Positions 30,117-37,877 of a stretch of DNA of 40,957 nucleotides are shown here, piece after piece (position 1 is the stretch's first letter; the number at the start of each line of letters is the position of its first letter). Below the pieces are notes generated by a model. It was not told the origin of the DNA and ran no database searches. It saw only the letters and a list, made by a program, of their open reading frames with translations. Source of the stretch: Gammaproteobacteria bacterium (lineage in GTDB: Bacteria; Pseudomonadota; Gammaproteobacteria; UBA6429; Thiohalophilaceae); assembly GCA_003233255.1 (NCBI GenBank), contig QILH01000296.1:1-40957 (forward strand). The letters run 5' to 3'. The position numbers and the translations under genes are program-made.

Positions 30117-31232
30117 ATGTCCGAATTTGCACCATCATTCGTTGCGGGTAGCATGCCTAAGGAAGCCGAGTTGGCCTCTGCCAGGCCATTAGCTGAAACA
30201 ACAGGTGATTCGGAAGCTTCTGATTTTGCATCACTTTTTGGTGAGATGGATTTTGCTTCAGTCAATTCAGATGATCCATCAGCTGCCCCAGCAGCGGATA
30301 GTTTAGTCTTACTTGAGGCGCTGGTAACCCGTCCCTTTAGCAATACCGACTCGCTTGCACATCCCGATAGTAAACTCTCGTTGCCTGCAAATTTACAACC
30401 CGGCGGCAACTTGTTGCCGTCATTATCTCCGTTAGTTGCCATGAGCGGCTACAGCGTTTTTGCCGATCAAGAGGGGGCTGCGGCGATTGCTTTTCAAGGT
30501 GACGGCAAAAATATTGTGGCATCAGGCACTCATTATGTAAATTCGGGTGTGCCAGCGATGCAACAAACTCAGGCTCAGTTGCGTGACATGATGCAGGCCA
30601 GTGGCATGCTCAACCAAAATGTTGACATGTTTGCGGTGCCGAAGTTGGATGCAGGTAAACAGCTCGAGATGCTTGTCAGTTTGACTCATCAGAATACAGC
30701 AATGCCAGTTGATAACCTGATCAGCTCTGGTGTGCAACCGTCAACACATGTCCTGTTGGGTCTACAGGGGGTAACAGAATTTTCGAATGTTTTAGCTGCC
30801 AGTAGTCGTAGTCCTGAAGCGATGACCGCGAGCTTAAATCAGCCCCAATGGAATCAACAGGTTGGTGATCGAATTAACTGGATGATTTCACAAGGGTTGC
30901 GACAGGCAGATATTCGATTAAATCCTCCGGAATTAGGGATGTTAGAGATACGGGTACAAATCCAGGGTGATCAGGCCAGTATTCAATTTAACACCGCACA
31001 TACAGACGTTAAGGATGCTCTGGATAATGCGATGCCGCGGTTAAGAGAAATGTTAGCCGCAAATGGCCTTAATCTGGCGGATGTAAATGTATCGCATCAG
31101 GGACATCAGCAGGCTGGGCAGGGTGACGGATCGAGGTCTGGCCACCCATCCCGATCTGAAGCTGAACAGAATGTCGAAAATCAGGCTACGAAGTCGTTTT
31201 TAAGTAATGGCATTATTGATTTTTATGCCTGA
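30117..31232 (+). CDS. fliK: Hook-length control protein FliK
   Basis: 371 aa. Low-complexity Ala/Ser/Pro N-terminal half and a C-terminal Flg_hook-type domain (IRLNPPELGMLEIRVQIQGDQASIQFNTAHTDVKDALD). Confidence 0.85.
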   Translation: MSEFAPSFVAGSMPKEAELASARPLAETTGDSEASDFASLFGEMDFASVNSDDPSAAPAADSLVLLEALVTRPFSNTDSLAHPDSKLSLPANLQPGGNLLPSLSPLVAMSGYSVFADQEGAAAIAFQGDGKNIVASGTHYVNSGVPAMQQTQAQLRDMMQASGMLNQNVDMFAVPKLDAGKQLEMLVSLTHQNTAMPVDNLISSGVQPSTHVLLGLQGVTEFSNVLAASSRSPEAMTASLNQPQWNQQVGDRINWMISQGLRQADIRLNPPELGMLEIRVQIQGDQASIQFNTAHTDVKDALDNAMPRLREMLAANGLNLADVNVSHQGHQQAGQGDGSRSGHPSRSEAEQNVENQATKSFLSNGIIDFYA

Positions 31233-31274
31233 CTAATTCGGCGTAAATAAATAATTTGTTTTAATAATAATTGC

Positions 31275-31301
31275 TAAAGCTCAAAACAGACCAGTCGATA
31301 A
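31275..31301 (+). promoter_or_regulatory. Sigma28-type promoter for the cheY-cheA-cheW-mcp... operon
   Basis: TAAAGCTC-N11-GTCGATAA against TAAAGTTT-N11-GCCGATAA (6/8 and 7/8, exact spacing), about 115 nt upstream of cheY. Confidence 0.7.
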
Positions 31302-31416
31302 GACCCTTAGAGTATGGCCGGAGTATTTCAAGCGGCTAAATACGCGCACATAGTACATGGTTATACGAATGGTAAATTTTACAAAGTAAATGGATATATT
31401 TAAGGAGTTTTAGTTC

Positions 31417-31782
31417 ATGGCTACCCGAATTCTTGCAGTTGATGATTCAACCTCAATGCGGCAAATGGTTACATTCACGCTAAAAGGTGCAGGTTATGAG
31501 GTAGAAGAAGCGGCAGATGGTCAACAGGCATTAGATATCGCAAAGGGTGGAAAATTTGATTTAGTGCTCTCGGATGTGAATATGCCCGTAATGGACGGAA
31601 TTACGCTGGTCAAAGAATTGCGATCATTATCAAATTATAAATTTACACCAATATTGATGCTAACAACGGAAAGCACCGGAGATAAAAAAACCGAAGGGAA
31701 ATCCGCTGGTGCAACTGGCTGGATAGTAAAACCATTTAATCCAGAACAATTACTTACAACGATCAAGAAGGTGCTTGGTTAA
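31417..31782 (+). CDS. cheY: Single-domain response regulator CheY
   Basis: 121 aa. ILAVDDS, LVLSDVNMPVMDG, LMLTTE, IVKPF. AAGGAG RBS. Confidence 0.9.
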   Translation: MATRILAVDDSTSMRQMVTFTLKGAGYEVEEAADGQQALDIAKGGKFDLVLSDVNMPVMDGITLVKELRSLSNYKFTPILMLTTESTGDKKTEGKSAGATGWIVKPFNPEQLLTTIKKVLG

Positions 31783-31803
31783 GCACCGTTGCCGGGGACA
31801 GGT

Positions 31804-33834
31804 ATGTCGATTGATATTTCACAGTTTTTGCAGACTTTCTTCGAAGAGAGCTTTGAAGGACTCGATATTATGGAGTCTGAATTACTGAATCTTAATGTGG
31901 GTTCGGCCGACAAAGAAACGATCAATACGATCTTTCGTGCGGCTCATTCTATCAAAGGTGGAAGCGGTACTTTTGGCTTAAGCTCGGTTGCCGATTATAC
32001 TCATGTTTTAGAAACTTTGCTTGACGAGATGCGTGATGGCAAGCGTGATGTAACACAACAATCGGTTGACGTAATGTTGCAGTCGGTTGACGTCTTACGT
32101 GAGATGTTAAATGCGCTACAGGATAATCTAGATCTGGATCATGATCGTATAGCCTCATCGCATAAGCAATTAACGGACTTGCTTTCGTCGGATACGAGTT
32201 TACCTGCAGCCAGCAGTACGGATTCGAATGCCCCTAAAGATTCAGATACGCAAGAAGAAAATTCTTCCGGCGGTTGGATTATTAATTTTAGTCCCTACCC
32301 GGATATGATGAAAACGGGTAATGATCCGGTCAGAATTATTCGTGAGTTAGAAGAGCTGGGCAATTTAACGATAGAATTGAATGATGAGAAAGTCCCTTCA
32401 CTTGATGAGCTTGAGCCAGAAAGTTGTTATTTATCGTGGAAGTTAACTCTGCACGCAGATGTTCCCATTGATGCGGTGCAGGATGTTTTTTCCTGGGTAG
32501 ACGATGAATGCGAGCTGCAAATAAATGAAATAATCATTAGTGATGGTTACTCCGGCCCAGATCGTCGCGCTCCAGAATCAACCGGGAAAGCTCGGAAAGC
32601 AGCCAGCAAAGAACAAACTTCAATTCGGGTTGGTATCGATAAAGTCGATGATCTCATTAATATGGTCGGCGAGCTGGTAATAACTCAGTCCATGTTACAT
32701 CAGTTACATGATGTTGAAGAATTTAATCAGAACACTCTGGAACGGTTACAGGATGGGCTGGCACAACTGGAACAGCATACTCGCGAATTACAGGAAAACG
32801 TTATGCGCATTCGCATGATGCCGATCAGTTTTGCGTTTCAACGTTTTCCTCGGTTGGTGCGCGACTTGAGTAATCAGTTTGGTAAAAATATTGAACTAAA
32901 ACTTACTGGCGAACAAACTGAGCTAGATAAAACGGTGATGGAGAAGATTGGTGATCCACTTGTGCATCTGGTGCGTAATTCACTGGATCACGGTATAGAA
33001 ATGCCTGAGATACGTGCTGAAGCAGGAAAACCCGAAACAGGAACCATCGAACTTAATGCCTTCCATCGCGGTGGAAATATAATTATTGAAATCAAAGATG
33101 ATGGTGCCGGGTTAAATACCCAAAAAATATTACAGAAAGCAAAAGAGAATGGTTTGGTCAAAGAGGGAGACACGATTACAACTGAACAGGTCAATGATTT
33201 GATATTCCAGCCCGGATTTTCAACTGCGGATGTGGTCAGTGATGTGTCTGGGCGTGGGGTGGGTATGGATGTGGTGCGTCGTAATATTCGTGCCCTCAAT
33301 GGTAGCGTGGAAGTCGTATCGACTCCCGGAGTGGGATCGGTCTTTACCATCCGTTTACCCATTACCCTGGCGATACTCGATGGACAACTTGTACGAGTAG
33401 GAAAAGAAACCTATGTGATCCCGTTAATTTCGATTATTGAATCATTACAGGTGAAAAATGAATTTGTTAATGCTGTCACGGGTAGCGCTGAAGTGTATAA
33501 GCTGCGTGATGAATATATTCCGATTTTGCGTTTATATGAGATATTTGATGTCGAACCGGATACAAAAAACTTATCCGCTGGGATGTTAGTTATTGTCGAA
33601 TCGGAAGGGCAAAAGCTGGCCATATTCGTCGACGAATTACTTTCTCAACAGCAAGTGGTTATTAAAAGTCTGGAAACAAACTTTAGAAAAATTGATGGTT
33701 TGTCGGGCGCTACGATATTGGGCGATGGCACAGTAGCATTAATTGCAGACATTGTTGGCGTCTATGAGTTGTACCAGAAGAAGATAGTTCCATCCGAATT
33801 AAAAGTGATTCATGATGGCGGAGTCGCAGCATGA
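31804..33834 (+). CDS. cheA: Chemotaxis histidine kinase CheA
   Basis: ATG at 31804 (MSIDISQFLQTFFEES). Hpt motif RAAHSIKGGSGTFG, dimerisation and HATPase regions (DPLVHLVRNSLDHG; DDGAGL; GRGVGMDVV), C-terminal CheW-like domain. Confidence 0.95.
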   Translation: MSIDISQFLQTFFEESFEGLDIMESELLNLNVGSADKETINTIFRAAHSIKGGSGTFGLSSVADYTHVLETLLDEMRDGKRDVTQQSVDVMLQSVDVLREMLNALQDNLDLDHDRIASSHKQLTDLLSSDTSLPAASSTDSNAPKDSDTQEENSSGGWIINFSPYPDMMKTGNDPVRIIRELEELGNLTIELNDEKVPSLDELEPESCYLSWKLTLHADVPIDAVQDVFSWVDDECELQINEIIISDGYSGPDRRAPESTGKARKAASKEQTSIRVGIDKVDDLINMVGELVITQSMLHQLHDVEEFNQNTLERLQDGLAQLEQHTRELQENVMRIRMMPISFAFQRFPRLVRDLSNQFGKNIELKLTGEQTELDKTVMEKIGDPLVHLVRNSLDHGIEMPEIRAEAGKPETGTIELNAFHRGGNIIIEIKDDGAGLNTQKILQKAKENGLVKEGDTITTEQVNDLIFQPGFSTADVVSDVSGRGVGMDVVRRNIRALNGSVEVVSTPGVGSVFTIRLPITLAILDGQLVRVGKETYVIPLISIIESLQVKNEFVNAVTGSAEVYKLRDEYIPILRLYEIFDVEPDTKNLSAGMLVIVESEGQKLAIFVDELLSQQQVVIKSLETNFRKIDGLSGATILGDGTVALIADIVGVYELYQKKIVPSELKVIHDGGVAA

Positions 33835-33844
33835 GAGGAATATT

Positions 33845-34360
33845 ATGACCGATGCAGAAATGCAAATTGACGAGCTGAAACGTGAAGACGCTGAAACGCG
33901 TGAGTTTTTAACGTTTATGTTGGCTGGCGAAGAGTACGGTGTAGATATATTGCGAGTACAGGAAATCAAGGGTTGGGATTCTGTAACTAATATCCCAAAT
34001 ACACCGGATTACATTCGTGGTGTGATTAATTTACGCGGTACGATTGTTCCTATTATCGATATGCGGCTGCGGTTTAAACTGGAGCCCCTTGAATATGGTC
34101 CAACTACGGTTGTGATTGTACTAAAAGTAGAAAAAAATTCAGAGTTCGTGCGCACTATGGGTGTCGTGGTGGATGCGGTTTCTGATGTGCATGATGTACC
34201 AGCCAACCAGGTTAAAGCCTCACCCGACTTTGGTACGACGGTAGATACCGATTTCGTAAAAGGACTTGCGACGGTGGGTGAAAAAATGGTCATTGTGTTG
34301 GATATAGATTATATGCTGAATTCGCAGGAGCTTGCGTCGCTAGATGAGGTTATGGAGTAA
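33845..34360 (+). CDS. cheW: Coupling protein CheW
   Basis: ATG at 33845 after GAGAGG gives about 171 aa. EFLTFMLAGEEYGVDILRVQEIKGW..IRGVINLRGTIVPIIDMR. Confidence 0.9.
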   Translation: MTDAEMQIDELKREDAETREFLTFMLAGEEYGVDILRVQEIKGWDSVTNIPNTPDYIRGVINLRGTIVPIIDMRLRFKLEPLEYGPTTVVIVLKVEKNSEFVRTMGVVVDAVSDVHDVPANQVKASPDFGTTVDTDFVKGLATVGEKMVIVLDIDYMLNSQELASLDEVME

Positions 34361-34465
34361 GCGTCTATGTTAGACAAAAACACAATTTTAGGTCAGCTGT
34401 TTCGTATGGGCGATAAATTTATTTATTGAAGATTATAGTATGGAGTTTTAATAGAGGTGAAGGCA

Positions 34466-37006
34466 ATGAAAGTAATTCAAGGTTTAAAGGGTTGGCAGAA
34501 GCTGGTGATTAACGTTTGCTTGCTCTCGGTGGCGCCATTAATATTATTGTATGTCGTTTCGACAGGTGCTGCCGTTTCGATTACCTCGCTTGAGGTTATA
34601 GTTGCGCTGGTGTTTTTTGTATCGTCACTTGTTGTTAGTAGCATGATGATGGGCTTCTCCAGTAGTGCTAATGTGGCGAATGCGAATCGACTCCAGTCGG
34701 CGCTTGATGCGGTAACCACTAATGTAATGGTGGCGGATGCAGACAATAACATTGTCTATATGAACGAATCAGTTACTGAAATGTTTAATTTAGCGGGCAA
34801 TGATATTCGCAAAGATTTACCTGGCTTCAATGAAAATGATTTGCTCGGTGGCAATATGGATCAGTTTCATAAAGATCCATCACATCAACAACGTTTAGTG
34901 GCTGGGTTGAAAGATACGGTTAAAGCAGAAATAAAAGTGGGTGGGCGCACTTTTGGCCTGGTTGCTACGCCTATATTTGATGAATCAAACTCACGCATCG
35001 GTACCGCCATTGAATGGGCGGATCGCACGGATGAGGTTTCGGCTAATAATACGCGCGCTATCCTTGAGGCAGAAAATGCACGCGTCAAATCTTCACTGGA
35101 TGCGGTGACCACAAACGTAATGATTGCAGATGAGAATAATGACATTGTTTACATGAATAATGCATTGGTTGGAATGTTTAATGAAGCGGGAGATGATATA
35201 CGAAAAGATTTGCCCGAGTTTAATGAGAAAAATCTGATGCATGGGAATATGGATCAGTTTCATAAAGATCCATCGCACCAACGCAAAATGGTGGGCAGTC
35301 TGAAAGAAACAATTAGCGCGGAAATAGTCGTTGGGGGGCGTACATTTTCACTGGTTGCTACCCCAGTATTCAAAGACGATGGTATTCGTTTAGGTACAGC
35401 TGTGGAATGGAAGGATCGTACTGCCGAATTAAAAGTTATTGAGAAAGAGCGACATTTAATGAACGAAGCGATGCGTGTCCAGGCAGCTTTGATGGCGGTG
35501 ACATCAAATGTGATGGTGGCCGATGTCGATAATAATATTATGTTTATGAATGAAGCATTAAAAGAAATGTTTGATGCAGCACAAAATGATATTCGCAAAG
35601 AATTACCAAATTTTGATCGCACGAAATTACTGGGCGGAAATATGGATCAATTCCATAAGAACCCCGCTCACCAGCAGCGTCTTGTTAGTGAACTCAAAAG
35701 CACAATTAAGGCCGAAATTGTAGTGGGTGGTCGAACTTTTTCACTTGTGGCCACGCCGGTATCTAATGAAGAAGGTGAACGTCTGGGTACGGCAATAGAA
35801 TGGAAAGATCGAACGGCTGAATTGCAAATCGAAAAAGAAGTTGAAAGCGTTGTAGTTTCCGCTGCTAATGGCGATTTAAGTAAACGTTTGGCTGTTGAAG
35901 GTAAGACAGGCTTCTTTAGAAATGTTAGCGAAGGAATTAATCAATTGGCGGCTGTTTGCGATGATGTAATCCAGGATACTATTCGCGTATTCGGTGCTAT
36001 GGCCGATGGCAATCTAACCGAGAAAATCAACAAAGATTATCAGGGTTCATTTGAACAATTAAAAAACGATGCTAACGCAACGATTGATAAATTTGTTCAG
36101 GTAGTCAATGAGATACAAAACACAGCAGCTTCTGTTAAGACTGGGGCATCTGAAATCTCGATTGGTAACCAGTCACTAAGTCAACGAAACGAAGAGCAGG
36201 CCTCCAGCCTTGAAGAAACGGCCTCCAGCATGGAAGAGATGACCAGTACGGTACGCCAGAATGCGGATAATGCGAATCAGGCGAACCAACTGGCAACTGC
36301 AGCTCGTAGTCAGGCTGAAAAAGGCGGTGAAGTTGTCGCTACGGCTGTGAATGCGATGAGTGAGATTAACACCAGCAGTAAAAAAGTTGCCGATATTATC
36401 AGTGTGATCGATGAAATAGCGTTCCAGACTAATCTGCTTGCTTTAAATGCTGCCGTGGAAGCGGCACGAGCAGGCGAACAAGGGCGTGGATTTGCGGTGG
36501 TGGCATCAGAAGTTAGAAATTTGGCACAACGTTCGGCGGGTGCGGCGAAAGAGATCAAGGATCTGATCGAAGAGTCAGTGAGTAAGGTTGATGAGGGTAC
36601 CGAATTAGTTAATGCCTCAGGTGAAACACTGGAAGAGATTGTCAATGGCATTAAGAAAGTGAGCAATATTGTTGCTGAGATCGCCGCGGCCAGCGCAGAA
36701 CAGGCAAGCGGTATTGATCAGGTTAATAAGGCGGTGACACAACTTGATGATATGACGCAACAAAATGCGGCGTTAGTAGAAGAGGCGGCTGCGGCTAGCG
36801 AGGCGATGCAGGAACAGTCGGAAGGTCTATCGGACTTAATGACCTTCTTTTCTACGGGCACTGATAGTGATCCAGGTGTTGTCAACGCGGTACCGAAAGT
36901 TGATGTGGTGAAACCCACACACCGCCAGCCCGTAAAGGTTGCTGCTGCAGGAGGTCAGTCAAAACCTAAAGCTATTCCTGATGATGAAGAATGGGAAGAA
37001 TTTTAA
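34466..37006 (+). CDS. Aer2-like methyl-accepting chemotaxis protein. Domains: TM hairpin, three tandem PAS (haem-type) domains, di-HAMP-like region, MA signalling domain, C-terminal EWEEF pentapeptide
   Basis: Two N-terminal hydrophobic segments. Three 131-aa repeats, each containing NMDQFHK(D/N)P(S/A)HQ and (I/V)EW(A/K)DRT. GDLSKRL and GNLTEKI HAMP-like segments. MA hairpin [38 protein letters not shown]. The ATG at 34466 is preferred over the tracked GTG at 34457. Confidence 0.85.
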   Translation: MKVIQGLKGWQKLVINVCLLSVAPLILLYVVSTGAAVSITSLEVIVALVFFVSSLVVSSMMMGFSSSANVANANRLQSALDAVTTNVMVADADNNIVYMNESVTEMFNLAGNDIRKDLPGFNENDLLGGNMDQFHKDPSHQQRLVAGLKDTVKAEIKVGGRTFGLVATPIFDESNSRIGTAIEWADRTDEVSANNTRAILEAENARVKSSLDAVTTNVMIADENNDIVYMNNALVGMFNEAGDDIRKDLPEFNEKNLMHGNMDQFHKDPSHQRKMVGSLKETISAEIVVGGRTFSLVATPVFKDDGIRLGTAVEWKDRTAELKVIEKERHLMNEAMRVQAALMAVTSNVMVADVDNNIMFMNEALKEMFDAAQNDIRKELPNFDRTKLLGGNMDQFHKNPAHQQRLVSELKSTIKAEIVVGGRTFSLVATPVSNEEGERLGTAIEWKDRTAELQIEKEVESVVVSAANGDLSKRLAVEGKTGFFRNVSEGINQLAAVCDDVIQDTIRVFGAMADGNLTEKINKDYQGSFEQLKNDANATIDKFVQVVNEIQNTAASVKTGASEISIGNQSLSQRNEEQASSLEETASSMEEMTSTVRQNADNANQANQLATAARSQAEKGGEVVATAVNAMSEINTSSKKVADIISVIDEIAFQTNLLALNAAVEAARAGEQGRGFAVVASEVRNLAQRSAGAAKEIKDLIEESVSKVDEGTELVNASGETLEEIVNGIKKVSNIVAEIAAASAEQASGIDQVNKAVTQLDDMTQQNAALVEEAAAASEAMQEQSEGLSDLMTFFSTGTDSDPGVVNAVPKVDVVKPTHRQPVKVAAAGGQSKPKAIPDDEEWEEF
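34685..35836 (+). repeat. Three in-frame tandem repeats of 393 nt (the PAS modules of the MCP)
   Basis: The motif AATATGGATCA recurs at 34853, 35246 and 35639, an exact 393-nt period. Copies 1 and 2 share a 29-nt identical run (aatatggatcagtttcataaagatccatc). The copies are otherwise diverged. Confidence 0.85.
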
Positions 37007-37106
37007 GGACAATTTATTATCAGTGGTTGATTTATAGTAATTGAGTCGTCCTGAATGGCGTAATACTCTAAATCTATTCTTTCGATTATATGGTTATTAA
37101 TAATAG

Positions 37107-37877
37107 ATGAGGCAAAGAATGGTGCGCCTGGTTTCTGTGGTCAATCAAAAAGGTGGAGTAGGTAAAACCACCACAGTTGCGAATCTTTCGCATATGCTGG
37201 CCTTAAGGGGCAATAAAGTAGCAGCAATTGATTTTGATCCGCAGGGCAGTTTAACCGTGAGCCTGGGTAAAAATTCGCGCAGTTTATCCGGTATGGATGA
37301 AGTGTTGTTAGAAGGTGCAGGAATTGATGAAGTCATGCACGAAGTCCGAGATAATCTTCAACTGGTTGCATGTGGGCCTCAGCTAGCGGCCTGTGAACAA
37401 AAACTGGAAAACACCTCAGCGGTGGCTAAACGTTTACGTAAAACTTTAAAAAACCTGGTTGACTATGATTATGTCTTACTGGATTGTCCACCGTCTTCTG
37501 GTTTCTTAGTCGTTAGTGCCTTATATGCAACTGAAGAAATATTAATACCGGTAGCGGGTGATTTCCTTGCATTACATGGAATGTCACACTTAATGGGTAC
37601 CCTGGCTCAATTCGAATCATCCTTGAAACTTAAACATAAACGCTGGATCGTGGTTACGCGTTTCCATCCCCGTCGGCGTCTTTCTCAGGGTGTAATTGAT
37701 AATCTGGTTGAACATTTCCCTGCTACGGTTTTAAAGACGCCGATTCGAGAAACTTCAGCATTAGCTGAAGGCCCGAGCTTTGGTTTGACCATAAGTGAAT
37801 ATCGAAATAAGAGTAACGGTTCGGCTGATTATGAAAAATTGGCTGTGGATTTTTGTAAAGGTAGAACAATACAATGA
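37107..37877 (+). CDS. Orphan ParA/MinD-family (deviant Walker A) ATPase, analogous by context to ParC/PpfA
   Basis: VVNQKGGVGKTTT (KGGxxGKT deviant Walker A), DFDPQGSL, VLLDCPPS. 256 aa, or 252 aa from the ATG at 37119, which has a GAGG RBS. No parB-like gene is adjacent. The stop overlaps the next ATG (ATGA). Confidence 0.85.
   Translation: MRQRMVRLVSVVNQKGGVGKTTTVANLSHMLALRGNKVAAIDFDPQGSLTVSLGKNSRSLSGMDEVLLEGAGIDEVMHEVRDNLQLVACGPQLAACEQKLENTSAVAKRLRKTLKNLVDYDYVLLDCPPSSGFLVVSALYATEEILIPVAGDFLALHGMSHLMGTLAQFESSLKLKHKRWIVVTRFHPRRRLSQGVIDNLVEHFPATVLKTPIRETSALAEGPSFGLTISEYRNKSNGSADYEKLAVDFCKGRTIQ

Noticed and set aside
34388-34416. Possible internal sigma28 promoter upstream of the MCP gene (-10-like GGCGATAA at 34409-34416).
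   Set aside because: The -10 box matches 7/8, but the best -35 match is 4/8 with wrong spacing. The MCP is probably transcribed from the cheY promoter. Kept only as a weak possibility.
34685-35836. The triple PAS repeat as a recent duplication or assembly artefact.
   Set aside because: The copies are in frame with an exact 393-nt period but are substantially diverged at the nucleotide level outside the His-motif core. An artefact or a very recent duplication would be near-identical.
37107-37877. The ParA-like gene as a chromosome or plasmid partition locus, or as a marker of a mobile element.
   Set aside because: There is no parB, parS-like repeats, rep, integrase or transposase nearby. The gene is translationally coupled within a che operon. 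An array-positioning (ParC/PpfA-like) role fits better.
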